Shown here piece by piece: positions 8,553 through 16,459 of a DNA stretch of 40,422 nt. The translations under genes were made by a program, and so were the position numbers. Positions within the stretch are counted from its first letter, which is position 1; each line of letters starts with the position of its first letter. The stretch is taken from IMG/VR virus record IMGVR_UViG_3300029822_000026, positions 1 through 40,422 of that record; one strand, written 5' to 3'. The DNA is from a virus (lineage: Duplodnaviria; Caudoviricetes). The notes below the pieces were generated by a model that did no database searches, was not told where the DNA came from, and saw only the letters and a program-made list of their open reading frames with translations.

Positions 8553-8876
8553 ATGCAAACTAAGATTTTAGAAATTCGTGATCGTGCTACATTTATTCCT
8601 GTTTTAGCAATCGAGATGCGAGCTGAGACAGAGGAAGAGCGTTACTACTTGCGTCGCACGGGCTTCGGTCAAGATGATCCATTAGTGCTGGTTTCTAGGC
8701 TAACCGATGCTAAATCGACTGCCTGGGATCCGTACTCCTGGGGTGATCGTACTATGCATGTTGCACATAAGTACATTACAGAGCATTTCAAAGAACTCAA
8801 AACAGGCGACGTGGTGGATGTAGAATACATCCTAAATGAAAAAACCAGTCCCAAGTACAGCGAAAGATATACCTAA
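8553..8876 (+). CDS. Hypothetical phage protein
   Basis: AAGGAG RBS, 107 aa, globular composition. Confidence 0.7.
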   Translation: MQTKILEIRDRATFIPVLAIEMRAETEEERYYLRRTGFGQDDPLVLVSRLTDAKSTAWDPYSWGDRTMHVAHKYITEHFKELKTGDVVDVEYILNEKTSPKYSERYT

Positions 8877-8892
8877 GAAGGAGGAATAAATC

Positions 8893-9120
8893 ATGAAATG
8901 TCCGAAATGTGGTAGTACTGATTTCGCAATTGTTTCCGAAACCAGCGGCAAGGTAAGGGGACGAGGCTGTCTGATGACATGCATTCACATTTTTCTTGTG
9001 ATTGCGACTGTAGGTTTGTGGTTGATCGTGCCGTTGCTGAAAAGCGGTACGAGAGGCAAAATCAAAACGCAAACAGTTGCAGTCTGCAAGCAGTGTGGCA
9101 ACAAATGGAAATGGAAGTGA
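8893..9120 (+). CDS. Zinc-ribbon membrane protein
   Basis: CPKC and CKQC flank a hydrophobic segment IFLVIATVGLWLIVPLL. AGGAGG RBS. Confidence 0.75.
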   Translation: MKCPKCGSTDFAIVSETSGKVRGRGCLMTCIHIFLVIATVGLWLIVPLLKSGTRGKIKTQTVAVCKQCGNKWKWK

Positions 9121-9126
9121 GATAAC

Positions 9127-9450
9127 ATGGACGTCGATAATGTTCAAAGAGATATGTTACGTCTGCTAACTAGCGTACATCGGGCTGAGGGCTCTGCAAA
9201 GCCTATTCTTACTGGTGAAACCAACTTAACCTTGACTAAACAAGCTTTAATAGACAAGGTTTTGGAAAACGAGGATGGTCAAGCTTACCTCAATGTAATG
9301 ATGCTTGAAGCTCCCATACTAATTAGGCAACAGCTATTTGTGGGATACATTGAAGATGGTCAGGTATTGTTTGATATACCTGATTGGGATATGTTTATAA
9401 TGTCCGTAGATGTATTCAACGTTAGCTATAAACCTGCACCGGAGGAGTAA
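9127..9450 (+). CDS. Hypothetical protein
   Basis: 107-aa ORF tightly packed in the operon. Confidence 0.6.
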   Translation: MDVDNVQRDMLRLLTSVHRAEGSAKPILTGETNLTLTKQALIDKVLENEDGQAYLNVMMLEAPILIRQQLFVGYIEDGQVLFDIPDWDMFIMSVDVFNVSYKPAPEE

Positions 9451-9453
9451 GTT

Positions 9454-9657
9454 ATGGCAGATCAAGAGCTTCGATGGGTTTTTAATGAGATAGAAGAGAT
9501 ATGCAAGAAGCATAATCTCTCCATTGGTCATGAAGATACGCATGGTGGCTTTCAAATACACCCATATCATCCTGCATATCTCAATTGGCTGCGTGATAGC
9601 GAACAAGTTTTATACGAATACAATCAACGAAACTCAACATTCGATAAAATAAACTAG
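9454..9657 (+). CDS. Hypothetical protein
   Basis: GGAGG RBS, 67 aa. Confidence 0.65.
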   Translation: MADQELRWVFNEIEEICKKHNLSIGHEDTHGGFQIHPYHPAYLNWLRDSEQVLYEYNQRNSTFDKIN

Positions 9658-9667
9658 GGGGTATATC

Positions 9668-10591
9668 ATGATTAGAGTAGACGTATCTGAAATCAAGTCA
9701 TTTAGAGGTTGTAAGCGCGAATGGGAATTATCCAGTCGCAATCGAATGCACTTGACACCTCGAGTATCTGCAAGCCATTTTGCTTTTGGAAACATTTTTC
9801 ACGAAGCATTACATCAGCTTTATCTCGGTCAACCAGTGGATAAGGTAATGGAAATGGTTCGCAAAGAAATGGATCCTTCAACCGATGCCGCCTTACTGGC
9901 TATGATCCCAGGGTACGCAAAAAATGTGCTGCCTGGAGACTTAGACAGGTTTACAGTCTTAGAAATCGAACATAGGTTTCAGATAGTAACACCTATTTCA
10001 GAACTCGAATTGACGGGGTCGATCGATATGATCGCACTGGAGGATGCTACTAACGAAATTTGGGGCTTTGAGCACAAAACAACCAAAAGCTTTCGCGAAG
10101 CAACATACTTGTGGATGGATGAACAGCCACGAGTATACACTCAGGCTTTACTTGATTACGTAGACAGGTTCAATCGAGCGCGATATGAGAAATGGGAAAA
10201 CGATTGCGCATCATTGCGAGAGGGTGACCCCTTTCCTGATGAACCAGTTCCATATAAGCTCGGTGGCATCTACATTAACGAGGTAAAAAAGCTGCTTCGC
10301 GATTTTCAGTATCGACGAACCGCATGTCAGTACCCGAGAGACGATTTGGTGCGGTTCATGACACAGCTTTACGGTACCGCTCACGAGCTTATCATGACTG
10401 TTCAGCACGATCTGTCAGTCACTCCTAGCCCAAGTTTCTTTCAATGCCAACTGTGTTCGTTCAAAACTATCTGTTCGACATATATGTATTCAACCTTGAA
10501 CAAAGATGAAATCGTTCAAGAGTTTGAGGAGGAATTTAAGGTGCGTGAGGTTGACCATCTTGACGAAAAACAGGAAAGGAGTAATACATAA
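9668..10591 (+). CDS. PD-(D/E)XK Cas4-like/RecB-family exonuclease
   Basis: N-terminal Cys (GCKR), FG..FH..L, GSID...EHKT, QxxxY, and C-terminal CxxCxxxxxC (Fe-S staple pattern). Confidence 0.85.
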   Translation: MIRVDVSEIKSFRGCKREWELSSRNRMHLTPRVSASHFAFGNIFHEALHQLYLGQPVDKVMEMVRKEMDPSTDAALLAMIPGYAKNVLPGDLDRFTVLEIEHRFQIVTPISELELTGSIDMIALEDATNEIWGFEHKTTKSFREATYLWMDEQPRVYTQALLDYVDRFNRARYEKWENDCASLREGDPFPDEPVPYKLGGIYINEVKKLLRDFQYRRTACQYPRDDLVRFMTQLYGTAHELIMTVQHDLSVTPSPSFFQCQLCSFKTICSTYMYSTLNKDEIVQEFEEEFKVREVDHLDEKQERSNT

Positions 10592-10980
10592 TGGGATTCT
10601 GGGATAAGGTAATGGGGTATTTGGGTTTTATTGAAGATGAGGCAGCTGGGGAAATTCCGCAAAGCTATCGCGAGAAGCGCAAGTGGCGATCCGTACCTGA
10701 AGTCTCGATTGATAATGCTCTGCTTGAGTTGGCGAAAGCGATGCTTCAAGGTATGGCGCAACTTCTTGAGGAAGCCGAAAGGTACACCGAAGACAGCAAG
10801 AAGCGTCGCGATACGCTTGACGATTTTCAGATGATGGGATCTATCGTAACAGGTATCCTGGATAGCTGTAGCAACTTGCTCGACACGCCATTTGGCGACA
10901 AAAATCTTCGCGATACGTTAGGTTTAATCTCAACTCAGCAAGTCCAACTGTTAATGCGAAACCCCAACATTCAAGAGTAG
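10591..10980 (+). CDS. Hypothetical helical protein
   Basis: AAAGGAG RBS, TAATG coupling, 129 aa. Confidence 0.65.
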   Translation: MGFWDKVMGYLGFIEDEAAGEIPQSYREKRKWRSVPEVSIDNALLELAKAMLQGMAQLLEEAERYTEDSKKRRDTLDDFQMMGSIVTGILDSCSNLLDTPFGDKNLRDTLGLISTQQVQLLMRNPNIQE

Positions 10981-10991
10981 TTCTAAAAGGG

Positions 10992-11061
10992 GAGCACTGA
11001 TATTTGAACTCAAAATTTTTATATCAGTGCTCTTGATATTTTTCTATATATACTATATAAT
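10992..11061 (+). promoter_or_regulatory. Promoter of the replication/modification operon with adjacent 12-bp inverted repeat
   Basis: GAGCACTGATAT (10992-11003) / ATATCAGTGCTC (11021-11032) abuts TTGATA (11033-11038), 17-bp spacer, TATAAT (11056-11061). Confidence 0.75.
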
Positions 11062-11105
11062 AATAGTATAATCATAGTATTCTCATTGAATAAAAGGAGA
11101 TAATA

Positions 11106-11876
11106 ATGAAAGTTCTTAACCTTGGTGATACCCAAGAAGGCAGAATTTTTGCCTTGATCTACGGACCTAGCGGCACAGGCAAAACTCACTTCGTGGGTAC
11201 TTTAGGCGCTCTAGGATCGGTGCTAGTAATAGACATTGATCAGGGCGCTACTACTCTAAAAACTGCTAAAGACCTAAAACCATATCTAAAAAATATCATT
11301 GCATGCGACTTCAAGCTGTTCAAAGATTTGAATTCTGCTGCACAGCTTATTGACGCAAATGATCCAAAAAGATGGAACGCGCACTTTAATCAGGGAGTTT
11401 CCGCAACCCAGCAGCGCGAATGGGTTACGAAGCCTTTTGATTGGATTGCGTGGGATACTTGGTCTGAAATTCAGTGGTACATGCTTGAAGAATTACGCTC
11501 TAAGGACACCGAAATGCGAGGTTCTGGTCTGGATTTCAGAAAGAACATTCAAATTCAACATTGGGGAATGATGACAGATCTTAATAAATTAGCAGTTCAA
11601 AATCTGCGGTCTTGCGAAGTAAACCAGCTGTTTGTTATGCAAGAAAAAGCAGACAAAGACGAGGTCACCGGTGCACGCTATGGTGGGCCTGCAATTCACG
11701 GTAAGATGGTTAACGAAATGCCTACATTTTTTGATGTAGTGATTCATAGTGGTACAGATTTACAAGGACAATTCGTAGCTACTACAAAAGCAAAAGGCTT
11801 GTGGCCAGCAAAAACCAGACTTGGCGAAGGGAAGGAATATAAGAATCCTACCGCCAAACTCGTTTTTGGTATATAG
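11106..11876 (+). CDS. Sak4-like ssDNA-annealing ATPase (AAA_24)
   Basis: LIYGPSGTGKT Walker A, IDIDQG, WDTWSE and FDVVIH. Sits between a Cas4-like nuclease and a DUF669 gene. Confidence 0.8.
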   Translation: MKVLNLGDTQEGRIFALIYGPSGTGKTHFVGTLGALGSVLVIDIDQGATTLKTAKDLKPYLKNIIACDFKLFKDLNSAAQLIDANDPKRWNAHFNQGVSATQQREWVTKPFDWIAWDTWSEIQWYMLEELRSKDTEMRGSGLDFRKNIQIQHWGMMTDLNKLAVQNLRSCEVNQLFVMQEKADKDEVTGARYGGPAIHGKMVNEMPTFFDVVIHSGTDLQGQFVATTKAKGLWPAKTRLGEGKEYKNPTAKLVFGI

Positions 11877-11880
11877 TGGA

Positions 11881-11916
11881 GGCTGTCACGGAAAACCAGC
11901 CAGAAAGGAAAACCGT
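11881..11916 (+). promoter_or_regulatory. Candidate preQ1-I riboswitch (H-type pseudoknot overlapping the RBS of the transporter)
   Basis: P1 GGCUG/CAGCC, loop UCACGGAAAAC, A-rich tail AGAAAGGAAAA, then CCGU complementary to loop ACGG. AUG follows immediately. Confidence 0.6.
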
Positions 11917-12609
11917 ATGTCTATTCCTAATGAACTGTTGTTGATCCTTACTCTACCAGTCTACTATGGGATGGCGGTGCTAGCGTACCGATTACTAGGA
12001 CGAGCAGGCATTTATGCCTTCACCGCATTCGCAACAATCGTCGCAAACATCGAGGTGCTAGCACTTGTCGAGGCCTTCGGGCTTCAAATGACTCTCGGAA
12101 ACGTTCTTTTTGCAACTATCTTTACTTGTTCGGAGATTCTGTGTGAAATGGAAAACGAGAAAGCTGCAAAGTTAACGGTTCCAATCAGTGCAGGAGTTAC
12201 AGTATTATTTGCAATCCTTGCACAATCTTGGACATGGTACACGACTGATGCTAGTACTACTATCCTAAGCTCATTCGCCAATGCTCCTAGAGTACTGATT
12301 GCTAGTTTGCTTGTAAACGTAATTTCTCAGTATGTTCAAATTTGGGTTTATGAGAGAATTTGGACAGTACAAAAGCGTTCCTTGGCAGGATTGTGGATAA
12401 GGTCTAATGGTGCTACACTAATTGCGCAGCTTGTAAATACTATACTATTCACAGTATTTGCATTTGCGGGCATCTTCGATACAACCACGCTTTGGCAAGT
12501 GATGCTAACAAGCTACACTATCTTTATTGTTACGTCCCTATTCGATACTCCTGTTCTCTATTTCACTCGGTGGCTCGAGCGCCGCTGGCCGAAATCAAAA
12601 GCGGCTTAA
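11917..12609 (+). CDS. yhhQ: Queuosine-precursor (preQ0/preQ1) transporter, YhhQ/VUT family
   Basis: 230-aa polytopic membrane protein with ANIEV, TLGNVLFATIF..SEIL.E, PRVLIASL, LWIRSNGATLIAQLVNT..F..FAF and DTP motifs. Start moved to ATG 11917. Confidence 0.9.
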   Translation: MSIPNELLLILTLPVYYGMAVLAYRLLGRAGIYAFTAFATIVANIEVLALVEAFGLQMTLGNVLFATIFTCSEILCEMENEKAAKLTVPISAGVTVLFAILAQSWTWYTTDASTTILSSFANAPRVLIASLLVNVISQYVQIWVYERIWTVQKRSLAGLWIRSNGATLIAQLVNTILFTVFAFAGIFDTTTLWQVMLTSYTIFIVTSLFDTPVLYFTRWLERRWPKSKAA

Positions 12610-12640
12610 TCATATACCGGCTGCCTCTATGGCAGCCCCA

Positions 12641-12700
12641 TGTCAGCTAGCATCGGATGCAATGCACAATAAGTAGTAAGTTCGACTCTTACAGCTGACA
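12641..12700 (+). ncRNA. tRNA-like element lacking an anticodon arm
   Basis: 8-bp closing stem TGTCAGCT/AGCTGACA, D-like arm GCAT-cggatgca-ATGC, canonical T arm GTAAG-TTCGACT-CTTAC. Only ~10 nt lie where the anticodon and variable arms would be. Confidence 0.55.
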
Positions 12701-12793
12701 CTAGCCCAAACTGGGCGCAAAAATAAAAGTCGACGGACTCTAAGCGTAGAGGCTGACACCGGCGTAATCGGGTTTAACCTCGGAAGGATGGTA

Positions 12794-13150
12794 ATGATCA
12801 ACATTGACTTTTCTAGCGTACCCAGTCGCGAAGCACTTCCTGAAGGCATCTATTCGCTTCAGGTTGCTGCAGTTGAGGAAACTATTTCCACTACCGGCAA
12901 TCCCATGCTGAAGGTTACCTTTGATGTCCTGAATGTCGAAGGTGGCCGCAAGCTTTGGGACAACTTCGTCCTGATCGAAAGGTCACTTTGGAAACTCAAA
13001 GAGTTCTTTGATGCCATGGGAATCGACACTTCGGAAATCGTCGAAATGGACGTCCAGGAAATCGTTGGGTACGAGGTTCAAGCCAGAGTGACTCAGGAAG
13101 AGTATCAGGGGACTATCCAGAATCGCATCAAAAAGATTCTGCCTGCCTAA
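12794..13150 (+). CDS. DUF669-like single-stranded DNA-binding protein
   Basis: LPEGIY, TGNPMLKVTF, GRKLWDNF, WKLKEFFDA and EEYQG...NRIKK pattern. Confidence 0.8.
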   Translation: MINIDFSSVPSREALPEGIYSLQVAAVEETISTTGNPMLKVTFDVLNVEGGRKLWDNFVLIERSLWKLKEFFDAMGIDTSEIVEMDVQEIVGYEVQARVTQEEYQGTIQNRIKKILPA

Positions 13151-13173
13151 AAAATCAAAAGCGTCGTATGGGG

Positions 13174-13197
13174 TAAGGGGGCTTCATTGCCCCCTTA
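13174..13197 (+). other. GC-rich hairpin (attenuator/processing site; no U-tract)
   Basis: TAAGGGGGC-ttcatt-GCCCCCTTA between the SSB and primase-helicase genes. Confidence 0.5.
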
Positions 13198-13222
13198 GAT
13201 TACTGGGTGGGAGGTATGTTCC

Positions 13223-15904
13223 TTGATATATGATGATTATGTAAGATGGGATCATCAAGACGATACGCAATTATATGCATGCTGTCCGTTGCACATGGAA
13301 AAGACACCATCATTTACAGTTAATAAAGAAACAGAGCAGTGGTATTGCTTTGGTTGTGATAAGGGTGGTACCGCTAAAGAGTTCATTCAAGCATACTATG
13401 ATGTAAACTCTAAGGTAGCTAAGCATGCTATAGAATACTACGAGCGAAAAGGTTCCCTACCTTTTCCTACAGAAGATCAAATCGAATACTGGCATAATAA
13501 GCTGCTCGGCAGCTCGCGAGAGCTTGCAGCTGTAAAGGTTTTTGGCTTTACAGAGGAACAAATCAAGGCGCTTAAGCTTGGATTAGATGATTTGAGAATT
13601 ACCATACCCATAAAATCTCGAACAGGAGAGTGGGTTAACGTTAGAAAATACTTGCCACCGCATCATAGAACTACCGGTGAAAACAGCCCCAAATGCATTA
13701 ACATCAAAGGACTAGGGCAACGCAGATATTATCCATATGAAGCGTTTGATAACCCGCAAACGATTGTAATCGTTGAGGGAGAAAAAGATTGCATCGCAGC
13801 TCGTTCGCAGGGCCTGAATGCTGTTACAGGGACTGGTGGTAGTGCAATACCTTATGATGAAATCAGTTTGTTTCAAAATAAGGATGTTGCAATTATGGTT
13901 GATACTGATGCTGTAGGTCTTAAATCCGTAAAAACATATACGCAATTGCTAAAAAGCGTTGCGCAATCACTACAAATAATTACACTACCCGATAAGGATT
14001 TTGTAGATTACTTTGAACGAACAGGTAATGCAGATATCTGGCAATATGCTGTTAAGTACGAGGAGTATGCTGAGGAAATTGCGCAAGGTGAAGCTCAAGA
14101 CGTTAGCTTACTCAAAAGCGAATTCACCGAAAATCTTAACGTATGGGTAAAGCTAAGATCGATGAGCGTTATCGGCGTAGAGCCAAGAATCTATACAATA
14201 CCTCAAAAGCTTAAAGTGAGTTGCAACAATCCAAAATGTACTCGACCGTGTCCTGTAGCCTGTAACTCGAGTAAAAATAGACTAGTAATGGATGTTGAGC
14301 CAAGACAAATGCTACAGTTTATAGATGCATCAGACTCCAGTATGGATTCATACGTCCGAAAAATTTTTGGATGTCGTTCTGTAAGTGCTGAAGGAGCAGA
14401 TTTTATTAACATACAGAAATTGATTTTTCAGGAAAGCGCATCGTTCATTGATGGACTGGATGAAGCGACATTCGAAAACAGATTTGGAATTTACATGTAC
14501 ACAGACTACCGTCTATCAGCAACCTTAAAGTATGACTTTGAAGCATGTAGAGTTACAGACCCACGAACACAACAAAACTACTACGTAATTCGGAATGCTG
14601 AAAATGTTACGGTATCAAACATACGACTGCAAGAGATGAACCTGTCTCGCTTTCAGCGGGTTGCGGAGGAGAAAACTAGCGCAGCGCAACTTTTAGAACA
14701 CTACTATGATGAATGGCTCCCGGTGCTAGGTATTGAGGGGCGTGTAGATTTGTTCGGTGCGATCTTGCTTTCATACTGTTCGGTAACTGAAATACCGTGG
14801 CGAGGTGGCCTGCTAAAAGGCTGGCTTGACTCGATGGTGATCGGCGACACGAGAACAGGTAAGTCGCAGATGGCGCAACGATTTATCAAAACGCTAGGCA
14901 TGGGTTCATACATAAATGGAGAAAACGCTAGACGAACTGGAGTCATTGGAGGTGTGCAACGTTTTGGAGATTCGTGGGTAGTAACTTGGGGCGCAATTCC
15001 GATGAATGATCGAGGGCTTCTGATCATCGATGAAGCGTCAGGCTTAGAGGTGGATGACATTAAAGATCTATCGTCTACTAGAAGTAGTGGAGCGGTTACA
15101 CTAAACAAAATTGTGCGAGGTGAAGCTCGAGCGCGCACAAGATTGATTTGGTTATCTAATCCTCGCAGTGGTCGAAATCTATCTGAGTTTTACTGGAAAG
15201 GTTTCGGTGCATTTCAAGAATTTATTCCCATTATGGAGGATCAGGCCCGATTCGATTTAGTAGTTACTGCTGCGCAAGAAGACCTGGAAATACCGCTAGG
15301 AATAGACTCGAACCGCAAACCAAGAATCTCTGATTGGACTGCGTTGATAAGCCTAGCTTGGTCTCTCGAGGCAGATTCAATTATTATTCAACCGGAGTTA
15401 CGCAATCAGCTTCGAGCAATAATCAGCCAGCTGACAGCAGACCTCGGTGGGAGCTCGCTAGTAGTAGGAGTTGCGGTTCACGAGAAGCTATTGCGGCTTG
15501 CATGCGCATTTGCAGTTCTAAGCGGTGCATTTGATGCGGCTGGTAAACTAGTTGTAACCTTACGACACTTGGAGTACGCAGATGAGTTTTTGCGGTCGAG
15601 TTTGAATAAGCCGTCGTTTGGTTATGGAGACTACATTCGGGAATTCAAGCGCGCTCAGATTAAACGATCCGAGAACTTAACGTTTATTCGAACCTTAGTT
15701 GTCGCAAATCCCGCAATCAAAGCGTTACTAACAGCTAATTCCTTCAAGGGTTTTCAGTTCCAGGAGATCATGGGAATCGATAGATCGGATAGCGCAAAGA
15801 TGATATCAGAACTAATTACTCGAGGACTACTACGCACGGGCGCAAATGCTTCATACATACCAGATAAGTTATTGATGGAATTAGCAAAGCAGATGGAGGT
15901 ATAA
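13223..15904 (+). CDS. DnaG-type primase (CHC2 Zn finger + TOPRIM) fused to MCM-family helicase
   Basis: Primase motifs CPLH..EKTPSF..WYCFGC, IVEGEKD and DTD. Helicase motifs GDTRTGKSQ, IIDEA, SNP and ARFDL arginine finger. C-terminal winged-helix-like domain. Confidence 0.88.
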   Translation: MIYDDYVRWDHQDDTQLYACCPLHMEKTPSFTVNKETEQWYCFGCDKGGTAKEFIQAYYDVNSKVAKHAIEYYERKGSLPFPTEDQIEYWHNKLLGSSRELAAVKVFGFTEEQIKALKLGLDDLRITIPIKSRTGEWVNVRKYLPPHHRTTGENSPKCINIKGLGQRRYYPYEAFDNPQTIVIVEGEKDCIAARSQGLNAVTGTGGSAIPYDEISLFQNKDVAIMVDTDAVGLKSVKTYTQLLKSVAQSLQIITLPDKDFVDYFERTGNADIWQYAVKYEEYAEEIAQGEAQDVSLLKSEFTENLNVWVKLRSMSVIGVEPRIYTIPQKLKVSCNNPKCTRPCPVACNSSKNRLVMDVEPRQMLQFIDASDSSMDSYVRKIFGCRSVSAEGADFINIQKLIFQESASFIDGLDEATFENRFGIYMYTDYRLSATLKYDFEACRVTDPRTQQNYYVIRNAENVTVSNIRLQEMNLSRFQRVAEEKTSAAQLLEHYYDEWLPVLGIEGRVDLFGAILLSYCSVTEIPWRGGLLKGWLDSMVIGDTRTGKSQMAQRFIKTLGMGSYINGENARRTGVIGGVQRFGDSWVVTWGAIPMNDRGLLIIDEASGLEVDDIKDLSSTRSSGAVTLNKIVRGEARARTRLIWLSNPRSGRNLSEFYWKGFGAFQEFIPIMEDQARFDLVVTAAQEDLEIPLGIDSNRKPRISDWTALISLAWSLEADSIIIQPELRNQLRAIISQLTADLGGSSLVVGVAVHEKLLRLACAFAVLSGAFDAAGKLVVTLRHLEYADEFLRSSLNKPSFGYGDYIREFKRAQIKRSENLTFIRTLVVANPAIKALLTANSFKGFQFQEIMGIDRSDSAKMISELITRGLLRTGANASYIPDKLLMELAKQMEV

Positions 15905-15906
15905 AA

Positions 15907-16227
15907 ATGGATAGACAATTAGTAGAAAAGTATCTAGACAAGTATCCAAAGTTTGAGCATTTCATAGGTGCTGGAACTATCAGCCTTAGAATGTCGAGAG
16001 AGATTTTGGATATCGACAGGTATTTAATGTATGATATTTTTAAGGAATTAGTAGTTGCAGGAGCTGTCACTGCAGTGGGTGGTAGTGCCTGGAGAGCTAC
16101 TAAGGAACTTAAATTACTATTAACAGATAGGAGGAACAAAACGCGTGGATTTAGATCTGATGCAAGCGGACATAAAAGCGCAGATAGCGCAAAGTCCAGT
16201 CCTAGCTCGACTGTCCAAAAACAGTAA
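15907..16227 (+). CDS. Stand-alone winged-helix-like protein
   Basis: GGAGGT RBS. Resembles the C-terminus of the upstream helicase. Confidence 0.6.
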   Translation: MDRQLVEKYLDKYPKFEHFIGAGTISLRMSREILDIDRYLMYDIFKELVVAGAVTAVGGSAWRATKELKLLLTDRRNKTRGFRSDASGHKSADSAKSSPSSTVQKQ

Positions 16228-16459
16228 ACTGCAACATGCGGTCTCAGGCTTGACGGAAGAGACTGGAGAGGTTGCGGGATTGTTAAAGCGCCAATGCTAT
16301 AAGCATCAAGAGATACCTCTCGAGCGTTGGGTCGATGAGCTTGGAGATGTGCTGTGGTATTGGTTAGCGACATGTGACGCACTTAATATCAATCCTAGTT
16401 CTGTATTCACTCACAATAGACTTAAATTGGAGGAGCGTTATGGACCATTTAGAACGTGA
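16145..16459 (+). CDS. MazG-like nucleotide pyrophosphohydrolase
   Basis: GLTEETGEV...DELGDVLWY...N..KL..RY. AGGAGG RBS and GTG start. Confidence 0.88.
   Translation: MDLDLMQADIKAQIAQSPVLARLSKNSKLQHAVSGLTEETGEVAGLLKRQCYKHQEIPLERWVDELGDVLWYWLATCDALNINPSSVFTHNRLKLEERYGPFRT

Noticed and set aside
11821-11916. N-terminal extension of YhhQ given in the ORF track
   Set aside because: It overlaps sak4 and the riboswitch candidate. The RBS supports ATG 11917.
12641-12700. Functional decoding tRNA
   Set aside because: No anticodon stem-loop and only 60 nt. Kept as a tRNA-like element.
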